Shown here: piece after piece, positions 12,650 to 26,257 of the stretch | How positions within the stretch are numbered: the first letter of the stretch is position 1 | How the letters are laid out: every line of letters begins with the position of its first letter | Source: Klebsormidium nitens | Lineage: Eukaryota; Plantae; Klebsormidiophyceae | Assembly: GCA_000708835.1 (NCBI GenBank) | Contig: DF237469.1 | Coordinates: 1 to 64,000, forward strand | Reading direction: 5' to 3' | Length of the DNA stretch: 64,000 nucleotides | Made by a program: the position numbers and the translations under genes | The notes under the pieces: model-generated | The model's database searches: none | Seen by the model: the letters and a program-made list of their open reading frames with translations, nothing else | Told to the model about the DNA's origin: nothing

Positions 12650-13848
12650 TTTAGCCTTTTCTTGATGCATTATGATTAGTGTCTGCTTGTTATAATTGTC
12701 AGGCCTCTGCGCATTTCTCGCTCAAGGTAGTCACGATTGTTGTTGGGACGTGCTATTCGTGCGCAGCTGAGCTTCATCAGCTGTTCATCCCCTTTAATCT
12801 CTTGCAGATTATAATCATCCGGTTCTTGACGCTAATTGAAGTCTAGAAGCGAATATCCTTCCGTCGTAACTTCCGCAGCGTTCACCTCTTGTGAATAACC
12901 GACGCCGCTGGTGCACAGATCGAATGCAAGTTGCGAAGCAGCAAAGGCTACAAAACTTCATGCAGCGAGGATCTTGTGTGGAAGTTCCCATCTGCTCTGA
13001 GGCTGAAAACTCTAGAGTGCATAATTCACCCTAGAGGGCCCTAGCTTGAACCGCAGTTTTGAAGGGTCACGTTGAAGCAGAAGGAGCTGCATCATGATCA
13101 CATGTCATTGAGCATGCACCAGCTGCATTATGCAGATTTATATCGAGGTAGGTACCGGTGCCGGTACCCGACTCGAGATGTGGCCCGAGCCTGGACTGAA
13201 ATATATAAGCGGCAGGAATATATTAGCTCCCCAGCTCTAAACCGCACACTAAGCTAGGTGGGTTTAATGATCTTTAATCGTTGGGGGTTGTGGGGTGCAG
13301 ATGGGTTTATTTCTTTTTTATCGTTAAGCTAAAACTTCTATCGTTTACAAGTTGGGAGGCTGCATATAAGACTATCCTCTCATATTTCATTCTTTAAATC
13401 CTGGAAATTTCCCCTCTTCATCAGATCAGACCGTCAGACTTGGCCCTTGGGGGGACCCCTCGTGCGGACGGCAGCTTGTACGCAAACCTGTGCCAGTGCC
13501 GGGATCGGCCTGGCAAGGCGTCCGAAACCACTGAATCTTGATCTACTCAGGCAGCGGCCCGCGAAGGTGTCCGAATTAGGGTTCTAAATTGAAGCGAGCC
13601 TGCCAGCCCTCGCAAAGAAAAGGGGGTCAGGCACACACCGCCCTCACTAGGAAACGTTGAATGCGTCTTCAAGTTCAACTTCGAGCCCCTTGCATAGATC
13701 CGATCAGTCTTAGCAGGCTACACCTTTGCGAGGACTCTGATGGCGATGTTTACATTAGATATCTTGGCTGTGCCGCTTTCTGCATCCTGATATTATTTCA
13801 GAAGCACAAAGCTGCCTCCGTGGAGGGGAGGAAAAGAGGGCGGCAACC

Positions 13849-16395
13849 ATGAGGATCACACGGAAGACTGGGGTCCTGGTAGGCAACAAAGTGATTGCCG
13901 CCCAAGATGAGCAGAGAGCTAGGCGGATTCATGAGTCCAAGTTGCAGACAATGAGGCCGTCTGTAGACAATGCGCAGCCGGAACACTTTGGAAAGATGAA
14001 AGTGAATCGCAAGAGGGCACAATTGGAGGAAGGTGAGGGCGGGCCTGAGATGCAGATGGTTCTGCCTTGTTGAATCTGAATAGTGCTAGGAATGATGGAC
14101 TTGCATCCTGGACTGTACATTTCATGGGAGCGATATACAGAGATTCAGCAGTCAGGGATGAAAGGGCAACTGAAGTTTGATGATCCATCATCTGGGTATG
14201 GTCGGCGGAGAATGTTGGCTGCTTTTAGCGGATGACTCTCGCTGGCCACACCCTTAAAGGAGAGAGTCGGGCAAATGTGGAATGAGGGCAGGGTACTCAT
14301 TTGTTTCCTTCTCAAGTCAACTGCCATAGCAGCATTGCGCGGACTCCTCTGCAGGGTTGAATTTCATTCTGCTACTCAGAGACTATTGTAGCCCCTCGAG
14401 GCAGACTACCCATGAGGATTGCATACAGGAACAGACCTGATTTCGATTGAAGTGCTGTGCATGCATGTGGACCCTATTGCTTGCAAGGAGTGGGTACATA
14501 GTGGGGCTCCAAACAAGTCGCTTCAGCTTGGCCCTTCCCAGGGTTGATGTGAAGTTCCCCCAGCCAAACAATATCTGAAAAGTAGTTGGGATTTGCATCC
14601 TGTCGCCTGGATCAGTACTCGATTATAGTCGTGTGGAGCTGCTGCCAGGCATTTTTTCTACTCGCCTTCTTAAGCTGTCTACTCATCTGCTGGCTTCCCT
14701 TCTTGGGGTACGCATTCCAAAAACTGTCACCTCCGAGCAATTGTTTGAGCGGTCTGGCTGAGAGTTCCGACTGCGACTTTGGTCAGGGGGAGTGAAGGGA
14801 CGAAGCGCTGTGCTTACCTGCTTACAGCAGGCAAAGAAGGGCCCTGGCGCTCTTACTCTCATTCTCAGACGGTGCAAAGAACTAAAAGCTTTGAGCTCCA
14901 TCCACGTCAGTGGCAATGAGACCTTTGTCCTGCCTGACCCAATTCCAAACGCTTAGGAGACGGGGTGGTTGGTTGTGAAACAGAGTCGTGGACTGCAGCT
15001 CTCTGTTTTCTAGATTCCCCTTCTTTGCCATATACCAGCTCAACAGCCTCAGCATAACCCGGGCAATCGCCAATGATGAGTCCTTTGCTCATAAACAAAA
15101 CTGACGGGTTCGCTTCCTAGCAGAGTTCCTGTTTGATATGGGGACGCTGTATGCCTCACTGGAAGGACAAAGACCGCTCCATGCTCCACCACATCACCAC
15201 TTTCAGAACTAGCCTTTCTATCCCGCTTTCTAGGAGTCTTATCGAGATTTCGTACCTTTTGCAGAGCGGTTGTGCGAGATTGAGAAGCAGAACGGGAAGC
15301 TGTTGGACAAGCTCACGCAGATTGCCGCCAAGAGAGGAGTCACGGACCTCAAGCCAGTCACAGCGGGGACTGCGCTTCTCAAGGGGGAGGCCTGCGAGTG
15401 AGCAAAACTCTTCTAAGCTTGCAGAATGCCCGTGTGTTCTCCAGTTTCCGATCAAGCTCAATGAGGAGCGGGTCGACCTGGGCGTACTTCGGATCGACTC
15501 TATGTAACCCTTCCTTGCTCTCTGTTCTTTGGATACAACTTAAGCTGGACTACAGCTGCACAATCCGTGCGAACATTCAAAGTTGCATGTACCGGTCTGT
15601 TCCGCTGCTGGGTGTTCTTGCGAAACAGAAGGAGGCGTTTGAACGAGGAGGCCTGCAAGCTGGATCTCTAACGCATCCAAAACGAGAAGCTGCAGATCTT
15701 GCAGCGAGTCCAACGACCGCTTGAACTTCCTAGCTCAACCCTGACCCGCTTCTTGCAGAACCCGGAGCTTGAACGAGAAGTCGCGCAAGCTGGAGCTGCA
15801 ACGCATCCAGAACGAGAACCTGCAGATCTTGAAGCGGATTCAGCAGTCGCAGGAGAAGTCGAGCCCCGAGATCAACCACGCCTCGCTGGAAAAGGCCTGG
15901 AGCGAGACCGCCCGTGAGTGTAACTCACACATGCCAAATGATACTATTTCGAAGCCCCAACTGCTTCAAGGCCGATCTGGCAGTATGAGAGAAGGGGACG
16001 AGGCCTTGATATGTGCGTTCCTCTGGTCGAGATTTGAATGACCTACCTAAGACGGAAGCCTAATCTGCAAAAGATTGTGGCGCTTCTTCAGTCCTCAGCC
16101 AAAGAATTACCTTGGAACGCTTCTTCTTACTTACGGCAGTGCTTCCAATCACTGGAATCACCTATCAGGAAGCAAGATCAGCCCGATACTGCCGAGCAGA
16201 CTTTAGCAGGCAGCAGTGCTCGGCACGAGACGTCACTTGCACTTGTCGTGAAAGCTGGACCTGTGCTTCTCAAACGCACAGGTCTTATACTTTCCTTCCT
16301 CAGTGGGGCTCAACCGACATCGTAGCACGCCGGGCCTAACATGACTGCGTCCTTTCTCTTCCGCAGGTTATCGGAAGCTTGCTAGCCAGATCTAG
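13849..16395 (+). CDS. CFAP97/Hemingway (KIAA1430)-domain flagella-associated protein, 4 exons, 166 aa
   Basis: Exons 13849-14032, 15265-15397, 15759-15913, 16367-16395 in compatible phases. Protein: RRIHESKLQTMRPSVDNAQP...KRAQLEEERLCEIEKQNGKLLDKLTQI...RSLNEKSRKLELQRIQNENLQILKRIQ, matching the DN..P / QLEEER..EI..EN..LL / SLN...RK.EL.RI..EN..ILKRI pattern of the family. Confidence 0.8.
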
Positions 16396-16638
16396 CTTCC
16401 GCGCGCTTGCATTGGACAGTATTTAGGGACAGTGGATGGCTGAGGTTGATGATAGGAAGGAGTGACGGAAACTAGCTACTGTCACACTAGACTGTGTAGT
16501 CGGACTAACAGTGACAGAGGCGCTAGGACTGCAAAATGCATGCACACGCTCCGCACACTTTCCAGATTCTTTGTTTCAATCAAGCACACTAGGTATGGAG
16601 ATTGATTCAAGCACTGTACGTAAGATAGCTATATACTA

Positions 16639-16790
16639 ATGACTGGGGCCGCTGACACATACAGATCTGATCAATCATCGTCTTGCCTAGATCACATTCT
16701 GACGTCAAGCGGAATAACCTGTGTATACAAAAGCATCACTGATTTGTATACTTCAAGTTCAGCTCGATCCAATATTGTGGTTACGGCGCG
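16639..16790 (+). mobile_element. Possible LINE endonuclease remnant
   Basis: Short ORF segment TYRSDQSSSCLDHIL resembles the T...S.(L/I)D(H/Y)IL motif near the end of APE-type endonucleases; nothing else is recognisable. Confidence 0.25.
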
Positions 16791-18139
16791 GCCGACCTGT
16801 CAGCTGGCTCGTCGTGTAGCACTGACGGCCGCAGATTTCGTTGTACGTGAGGCCTGGCAATGTTCAATTGTCCTTGCATCCGCCGAGCAAGGCGAAAGGG
16901 GCCGGCTTTATTCAACGTAGAACTGATTACCGTCGGGCAGATTTTGTCAGGACTAAGTTTCATTGAAGACGGTCCGAGTCAGCTGCAGCTTGTGTAGCGA
17001 ACCGGACTCACAAGTGATCTGATTAACTCTCTAGCTGACAAGAATTACCGTGCCGGCCCTACTACGCCGATGGGGCGCAGCATGTGTGGACTATATGATC
17101 GACATGTTCACCTTCAATAACCGCTGAGTCAAGCCTCATTCGTGAAGGGTCACTGCGCCTGCGCGCCATAAGTCAGCATATGAGCTTCCGCATGTGAACC
17201 CTAGACGTTGATCGACAGAATCGTACTACAAAGGTAGGTAGCTAAAGCTCTCATGGACCGTTTAATCAACCGCAATTCATCATGAAGACGGATCACGCCG
17301 TATGTAAATGCTGATTCCTCTAACCGGTCAGGCTGGCTAGCTTCTGATGCTCAACTAAACTTAGGCAAATGGACGTTATTTGTCATCAGCTGCCCATGCC
17401 GCCTGCCACGCGTCAGTGCACACGTTGTCTTCGTACTAAGCTCGTGAATACCGTACGGGTGGGCGGCTCGCTGAGCTCACTGAGCTCACGCGCACGCATG
17501 CATGTCAAGATTTCAGATTTAATACGTACTGATCGTACGTACGTGTAATGTATATAGAGATCAGACCGGCTGTTCTAGTAGATGCCATGGGACGCCCAAT
17601 TATATACCACTGCCAATGCAATGGCCGCTGATCCGATAATGAATCCATTTGTTTGAACGAATGGAGCGATCTTGCTGCAGCACGCCTGGTATAATGGAAC
17701 GTAATTTATCAGATTTCCCGGTCCAAGTCTGATTGAGGAGCTTATATGCCCGGTAGATGAGCATGTTTTGCGCGTAGCTCGTGATCGTGCATTTACACTG
17801 AGTGAGCCGAAAGCCAGGCGGCAGACCAACCTAGAAATTGACATGTTCCGGCTCTATCCCCTGTTGGACTTGTCTAAGTGAATGACGGTCCATCTCTTCC
17901 AAACATTCCGTACCTGTCTTTCATGTCTATCCTGCTCCGCTGAAAATATTTTTGCATCTAGTAGAACGTTGAATCCCTTTTTGAGAGCCAGCAATAGCGG
18001 GAGCTTGTAGCGATCATTGGCCTACATAACGTCCTGATTGGTACGGTAGGCCAGGGGTGCCTAACGCACCTGCTACTCTTTCGATTAGCCTGTCAAAAGG
18101 CATGCGCCGGTTCTGTCTGATCTCGTCAGTGTTAAACGC

Positions 18140-21100
18140 TCAATCCTTGATCATGGTCCAGAATGCACAGTTATATCGGGTCTGCAAGTTAAACACGACG
18201 GTAAAGGTGAGAGTGAAACCATAGATGCAGATCTGACTGTGGTTTTTCACTGTGCAATCGCTAAGCTGTTGCGAATTCCCTGAAAGGTAGACGAACCGAA
18301 GAAAGCAACCAGATCTGAAAGAACGTCCAAAAGAATCAAGAAGGCGCGGCAGAACGATTGGAAAGCATTGCTACATGTACGGTAGAGCGCTATCAAAGTC
18401 ATTCTTGTTGGTCCTGAGTGCCGGCTTTGACGAGAAGGTAAACCGTTCGTTCTTGGCACAAAGCAAGAAAGATACATCAGGAAGAAGGTGAGTTAACACG
18501 GTTGCGGCCCTACCGTCATCATCGAGCGCGGATTGCTTGTGTATGTTGTGGACACAAACTGCGGCTCTCGCTGCATCGATGTGAAGAGAAGAGAGAGGTA
18601 TCTCAAGATCGCCTCTGCTGCAGTCTTCCGTAGTCTCGCAAGCAACCACGAAGTTCAGATAGTGGACCCACTTTGCGAATCCAGGCCATGACTTCACAAG
18701 CAAGGGCAATCAAAGACAGAGGTTCCCGTTTTTCCTACTGAGAGGGACACCAAGAAAGTGTTCCTCAGCTTTCAACTCTTTCAAGGGCGCGTCTGATTCA
18801 AGCGGCCATTTGGATTTCACCAGCAGTTCTGTGATTGACATTCTGCGAGCTTAATCAGCGATGCGCTCACCTTCAGCTTGAGGCCGAACGACCTGGCGAT
18901 TCGCAGGATAGTCTCGAGGCTCAGCTCGACCGATAGCTCCTGCGCGCAACAGCCACAGACGCGTTTGCTCAGACGCGAAAACGCGGCAAGCAGTAAGAAG
19001 GAGGTTTTGCTGGTCAAATAAGGGCGTGCTTGCGATGTAGGGGGTGGGGAGTGCACGAGAATGAGGGGTTTTGAATACTTGCCGACTGTCAGAACGGAGC
19101 TTGTCCCGGGTTCAAAGAAAATGCTTAGGGAGCTTGAGAGCGTTCAGAACGAGCCGGCCGCCCGGGAAAGAAAACGTGAAGCCGAAGAGTCAGCGCGAGT
19201 GAGCATTCGTGCTGAAAAAAAGTGCAAATGAAAGGAGCGGACCTCCAATGAAAGGAGCGGATTCCTTGTACGAGATTCTGTCACCTTGATTCACGCTTCC
19301 AGAGAACGCCCGCTTATGCAAGCAATACATGCCCCCCTGTTGCATTACTCTCAACCGACGCGCGGAACATGGGAAAAGTGCAATCACCACGGCTTCGGAC
19401 CTTACACGGGGCACTTACGTCATCCTGCGAGTACTGATGGGCGTCCGCAAAGTGGTACAGCAGCGGTCCGAAGTTGATCCAGACCTGCAGGGGGTAAAAT
19501 GCGCCATACTACTTTAAAGCGGAGCAACGATTTCAGGGCTGGTCAGCTCATATGCTAGAGCCAGGTACAAGCACTCGTAGGACTTTGGTAGCTGCTTGAG
19601 GGAGTATTAGCAGCTTCCAGGCAGCATTTAGTTGTTGTAAGATCAAATGCGACTTGTTCGAGATCAGAATGTCGTCGAAAATGCAATCCTCGCGCCAACC
19701 GACTGCAGACGGGCGCTGTAAACTGGTGTTCGAATACCGTTAAGATTCCAAACGGAAGGTAGCACTAGATTCAATCTTTGAGGCGTCCAAAAGGGCTGCA
19801 ATTTCAAAAATTTGCGGGATCGGGTGCAGCAGGGTCCTTGGAAGACATTTCCTTGAGACAGATGGTCCAAGCGCGAGCCGCCTGTCGCACTTGCCTCTTA
19901 CTCCAGCTCTTTTCGTAGGTTATGCATCCTTTTCGCGCTTCAACCAAGGTCAGGAAACGACAACCAAAGAATGAGAGAGATAGAGCCCTTGTTGCGCCTG
20001 GTCCACACATCACTCTTGTCCATCACCTCCGCTTCCCAGGAATAGTGCCAATAGGTGGCAAAGCAAACTGAAAAAAGACACGAATCAGCCGAATAGCCGG
20101 AGAGCAGCAAAAGCACCATTCCTATCTAAGCCTTTCGAACACGCTGTCTCGAAAAAAGTCAAAGAGGCGGACCGATGGGCTCACCCCTCCGGGCTTCAAA
20201 ATGCGCGCAATCACCTCCAGGTACGCGATCACGTTGTGCGCGGTGTCGATGAAGAAGCACGTGACCACGCTGTCCCACGCACCTGAAAACGGGCGGAACA
20301 AAAGAGTCGGGCTTCTGCTGACCAGTCTCCATAGTGTCAACTTGATCCAGAGCAGATCAACCAAGTTCTACTTGTGTGTCAACGAACGAGCAGATTTTGG
20401 TGGTTGGCTCCGCGCTCAAATAGCAAGGACTGACAGGAATTGCTCATCAGCTAGCCAACGTGTGGCTTCCCCGAATTGCTCATTTGATTGGAATTAGCCC
20501 AATCAAATCTGAGAGAAATGATCCTGAAACAGGGGTTTTAACCCTTGGGAACGATAGCAGAACGGTAGTCCCCGACAATTCAAAACGAGGGCGCGATTGG
20601 CAGCGATATACCAACTGTCTATCAGACGGACGGAAGAAGGCGCCGCCAATTTGTACACGTGCCACAATCCTGTCCTCAGACGCCACTCTTGAGACCCGTC
20701 AGATCCACAGTTTATCCAAAATCTTACGTTCGCACATTTTGTTCAACTTACCCGCTTGATGGCGGCCCCCGTAGACCTCCAAGAAGTCGCCCGCACACAT
20801 TGAGAACCCGTCCGTGATGCCAGCACTGCAAACAGCCATGCACCATTCTCAGCAGGAAGGTCTCGAGCTTGGATAAAGGATCAGTCGGAGTGCATCACCT
20901 TTTTTGAGCCTTGGTGAACGGGTAGCGTAACAACGCAGGCCGGATCTTGTCGTGTACTCAGCCGCTACTCCCTTTCTGTTTCGATCTTATGAAGTCACGC
21001 CTCAAATTATCCAAGATGGAGTTAGCCTTCTTGCAAACGTGCGCTGAACAACCCACACCGGGGTTATTTTCAAGCCTTTTTCCGACCAGGAACCTGGACG

Positions 21101-24100
21101 AGCACAGACAAAGCAGCGACTGTCAAGGCAGAGGTAAACGCTCAAATCGACAGCGCAACAATGAAACACGAGTAGAAGGATGGCGCTTGCCTGCCCGGGT
21201 GCAAATCTGGAAGCGTGACGGGCCGAAGCATGTCGTCATCCCGCCGCGTATTGCACTGCGAGTGAATGTACGGGTAGAAGGTCCATTCGTGGGCCTGATC
21301 AGTCCTGCAGAGGGCAAGTGCGGGTCAAGCACATTCCTTTCTTGCCTTGAAAAGTTTCGGCAGGTATTTCCGGTTTGTGAGCTACATAGATACCGTTTCT
21401 ATGAAACATGGTGAGGACATTTGCAGGGTCTCCCTCGAAGGTCCATGCTCAAAACTTGGACTAAGGTCTCGTTTCCAAACGCTGATGGTAGATGTAACTT
21501 AAGGATGCTTTCTTGACACCCAAATCCGGAAATGATAGCATCTGCCTACGCTTTCACCATGCAGATCGAGCCTCACCAAACAGAGTCCGCGACTCAAAGC
21601 CGTCTTTCTTTTCCGCCTGAACAACACCGTTCAGAATTCTGTCTATTACCCTTGCTCACTCTTGATCAGCAAAAGACGCCCACTCTCGAAGAGTAACAGC
21701 ACATGGGAGCGGTAACTATCTCAAGAAACAACTATGACAGAACTTTGGATAAAAATCATTCTTGCCCTATATACTTCTGCAAGCAGCAGGCAACTTCCAA
21801 TCCCACTTGACTGTACCCTTCGACCAAAAAGCCGAAATAGCTGCAGCACAAATTCAGCTAATCACAGCTGCAAACGCCGCTCTTTCCTTCGTGGTCGGAA
21901 GCCAAACCAGCCCATGTCGGGAACCCAAAGCACACTCATCGAAGTCAATCACTTCTCCAACTATTCAAACGAAATTCAGTTCTACCCACATGTTGAAGAT
22001 GAAGCCCGACACAAATAGCGTTATGAGAAAGCATACGAGAAAGCATCTAATCCTAAAGCAAGAACCCAGAGTCCGAACATCCGCAAACCCCAGACCACAT
22101 CTCTACCCACATGTTGAGGATGAAGCTGGACACGATGAGCGTGTAGTACGAGAACTCGTTGCCTTGGACTTCGAAGCCCAGGCGCGAGATCTCACACGCA
22201 AGCCGTGCCAGCCCGGCGCCCGGCACGACGCAGCTAAGGGGCTGGGCGGAGCCGGAATTCCCCTCCGGAAAGCAGCTCCGCAGCTCCGCCAGGATCGGAC
22301 CATAGCATGCGGACCTTTCGGCGGCACCCTCGGACGTCCAGTCGCGGACGATGTTCCGCAGGACGCACCGGACCTGGTTTGCAGTAACCAGCTTTGGTTA
22401 GTGCGTACTTATGATGAATCAAAAGGCCAATATGATTTGGATATGGTTATTTCAGCAACCCAGTGGTTGTAACCGTGTCTTATCATGTGCAAACCCTCCT
22501 GTCTTTGGTCGCAGACAATGTGTCGAGAGTGTAAGGGGTAGTAAGCATTGACGGGCTTAAGGTGAAGTCCCCCCTGGCACTTTGATTTCCCAGTAGGTGG
22601 AAGAAATTTAAAGTTTAAGAGGATATAAGAGGATATGAAGGGAAATAAGGAAACGGATCTGAAACAGTGACCAAGCTCGAGTGTTGGACGACGCGGCACG
22701 TTCAAGGTGGGGGCAGAAAATTGCAGAGGGGTTATTCCACACTCGAAATCTCTGCACTTGACCTTGAATCAAAAGACAGGCACAGACTGCGGACACGAGA
22801 CGGACCCGGTCTTTCGTATAACTTCCAACACAAGACAAGATAATGACTGCATCACAAGCTTTCGGCCAAACAAGTTTCTTTCACAAAATTTGACTGATAT
22901 CCTGGGCGCACAAAGCTGACTGATCCTGGTTCAGGGGGACAAGGGCTCAGAACGGCTCGACAACAGTAAAAAAAAGCAAAAGGGCATGGGCCAAAGGTAT
23001 CGATGCTGATTATCGTTTATCAAAATCATAAGGATTGACCTTATCACCTTTTCGACATCGCTAGGAGGAACACGCCTGTGAAAGTCTTCGGTCGCCTGCC
23101 CATCCCCCCACGCATACGGCAGCCCATTTGTATGGGTGTGAACAGGCCGCCCCTCACCATATGCTTCCATACCCGCGTGAGTGTGAACAGGCTCTGAGTC
23201 TCCGTAACCTCTCGTCCTACCAGGGATGTGAACAAGCTCCCTCCCTTCAACAACAGACACACCACCTTGAGTCCGAACAGGTTCGGGCTCTCTGCCTGCA
23301 CCCGCAACATTCTGACTGTGAACAGGCTCCCCCCCTCGGTTCCCATTCACACCAATTCCTGACGTCTCCCAGGGGCCTAGATCCACATCACCACTTGCAG
23401 CCTCCTCTGAGTGGTCGAGCGATCTCTGATCAGCGGGCCCCAATTTTTGGCCCACTTCTCGGGGCGTCGGCTCTGAGGCGCTTGTTTCGGGCCTGCTCCT
23501 TTTCTGGCCGCTCCACCGGACTGCTTCGATTGGTCCATTTCCCTGAGAAGTTCGCTCGAGCGCCCCCCCCGCTACTTGGTCCCCGCCGTCTGTTGACTTC
23601 TCAGTCACTGTTGCTTCCGGCTGCGGAACAGCGGTGGCTGTCCAAGGGTCCTCAGCTTGTCGAGACTGAAAAGGGGCATCAAACGACTGGAGCATGGCGT
23701 CAATCAGAAGTGCGTTCTGGTCGGCGCAGCGGCGCAGGGCTGTGTACTTTGAGGGAAGCTCGGGGACGAGGGCGCGGTGAGGGGGTGTCAGGTGGTGGTA
23801 CGACCGCTCCCACCTGATGATGTCATCTTCTACGGAGCCCCTGGTAGAGAGAAAGCGACACAGCATATTCTAAATGAAGTCATCTTCAATTGACCCCTTG
23901 GTGAAGGAAAGAGGACCAACATATTGGAACTTGAGAAGTGCTTCTGAACGGGGACTGGAACTGGAGTATCAGCATGGTGGGAAGCCAAAGGGCGGTTTGT
24001 GTGAGCACATTCTTGTCGTCTTTTTTCAGCACAGGCGCATCCAAGCATGACGCCCTGCTGCAGCTTGTACAGGAAGATTGGCAGGCCCAAAAGCTGCGGG

Positions 24101-24449
24101 TAGAAAAGGTTCACATCCCCCGAAGTACCAAATCAAAGGTAGGGTGAAATTATCATAGACATTCTTGGTACCACTTGCCTGTGGTCCCAGAAAGCAGAAC
24201 ACTTTTGTCGAGTATGACAGAAGAACATTTGGAACAGTTCTGACATACCACCACCTACCATCACTTTGTGATTGTTTGATTCTATCTCATTTGATTCTTC
24301 ATTCTGTGTACAATTGGTCACCTGTACTCTATGTAGGCATCAAGGACACGCTGCAGCGACTTCATCTCCTCTGCTCTGTCAATGTCGCTGAAGTCTTGCT
24401 CCTCTCTACCGCTCCTTCCATTGAGTGCAGTAGCCTCTGCGGCCTCCAT
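18140..24449 (-). CDS. CARNMT1: Carnosine N-methyltransferase (N2227-like SAM-dependent His methyltransferase), 10 exons, 567 aa
   Basis: Exons 24449-24322, 23840-23048, 22373-22111, 21304-21191, 20825-20752, 20282-20185, 19484-19419, 18939-18871, 18570-18514, 18181-18140 (1704 nt). Motifs [91 protein letters not shown]. The donor at 21190 is GC. Confidence 0.93.
23136..23360 (-). repeat. Five in-frame 45-bp (15-aa) repeats in CARNMT exon 2
   Basis: GTGTGAACAGGC-like cores start at 23136, 23181, 23226, 23271 and 23316 on the + strand. Peptides: [40 protein letters not shown]. Confidence 0.8.
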
Positions 24450-26257
24450 GCTGGCCAATTTGAGCCCCTCCAAGCAGATACAATCTCTAGTTGGACGGCT
24501 ACTCTGGAAGGTTGCAGTTTATGCAATGCTGTGAGGGCTGTAAAGGTTCATCAGCTGAGCTGCGGCTGAAAGCTGCTTCAGACCCAAGAAATGCTTTGGC
24601 TTGCCCATCGGGATTTCGTGCAGCATGCTTCTGCAATTAGACGCAAGTCCAAAATCCCTTCCCTCCTCCCCCCTTGCCCAGGTGGTGGTGTTTTCTCTCG
24701 TTCTCCAAGTGCCTCCTGTTCTTGCCCGCGTCTGCCGTATTAAAAAGTGAAAGTTGTTCAATATTGATTGCAGAAAAGCGGATGTTTTTTGCAGCTATTA
24801 GTAAGTATAGGCGGGCGTGCCTCCTTCGCAAAACTACGCCAATATGACGTTCCAAGTGACGAGTCACGACCAAGTCGGTCACGAACTAGTCCAGTCAGAC
24901 TGGTTCAGAACTTCTGTGCAGAATTTACCGTGAACATATTGAAAATCAGTTGCGAACGAGGCTCATACGGTCTACGCCAGAGACCATTTCGCTTCCTTTA
25001 GAAAGTCGTATGAAGTTCGTCAAGCTTCTTCAGCTCAGATGGCCTCAGAGTCGGAGAGCAGCTCAATCATGCTTCCAAGTTCCATTGCTTGATGGTTTAT
25101 CGCAAGGTAGACGCAAGCCACAACAGAACCTTCCCTTCTCATCTTTTTTCCAGCTGATCCTCAAAGATCATCATAGAGCCGGTGCCGCTTGAGTATGCGG
25201 ACAGCGGGTCACCATCAAACGGTGATGACGTCCAAGGATTGATGAAGAACGGTGGAAGGCGGTGAGGACAATCGTCTGTTTTTTTTTAGTGATTAATTTG
25301 CAGCTGAAAGCGAGCACGATGCTTTGCAACAGAAGGGCCTCACTTTCAGGAGATTTTGATAGTAGCACGTACTCAAAGCATGGGGCCTTCTGATCCATTC
25401 TGCTGCTAGTAGCGTCCTGCTCCTAAAGACTATTTTTACATGGGAACCCCGATTCTTAGGATATGGCGAAGGTTGGTGGCCCTTGGTCTTGACATCATGG
25501 AACACACATAGTGAAGTGGCAGTCATTCTCAGAGTTTGAAGGTTTGGTGGGAATTCCAAGAAGTCGCATTGATCGATCATCGATCATTGAAGAACTGGAC
25601 CACATCTACATCTTGCCCTGCGCTGATCCAGAGAGTGAAGATACGTGCGAACACCTCAAGTGATCGCATCCCGCATCTGAATTGATGCAAAGTGCAAAAA
25701 GAAGCAACTTTCCTGACGCGATTGCAGACAATGATGCTGCTTCTATATGTCGTTCTTAAAACCCACCAGCTGACTTCGTTTTTACAGGTTCAAGATGCAA
25801 GCAGGTTCAAGATGCAAGCACATGGTTCTTGAAAGGCCACAATCAGTTTTGAGCAATCTTTGAAGAAGTCGTGATCAAAGGAAACCCCACCTGCAACTTG
25901 GGATTCGAAAATCAAGTCTAGAATGTTGATGAAAATTTGATGTTGACACTCGCACATTTGCAGTTAGCAGTTTACACAAAGTGATCTTCACAGCCAGAGC
26001 AATTTGCTGTGACTCTCTCAACTCACAAGTCTCCTCACGATTTCAGACCTCTATTTTTACGTGCCTTTGCTGGTTGTAAGTCCTCTGAAAGGATCATATC
26101 GGCTCACCACTATCCCCTCTCCCCTCAGATTGCTGACGATCGCAAAGAATTAAGCTAAGACAGCGAAAGTCGCTGATGGAGCTTTGACTCCACAGAAGTG
26201 GTCACATAACCCCTCACGTAACCTCACCCGCACCCCCCCTCCATTCCCCAGGCACAG

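Noticed and set aside
23128-23817. 229-aa plus-strand ORF with CEQA repeats
   Set aside because: Antisense shadow of CARNMT exon 2 and its 45-bp repeat.
25786-25820. 18-bp direct duplication CAGGTTCAAGATGCAAG
   Set aside because: Two copies only; ordinary slippage.
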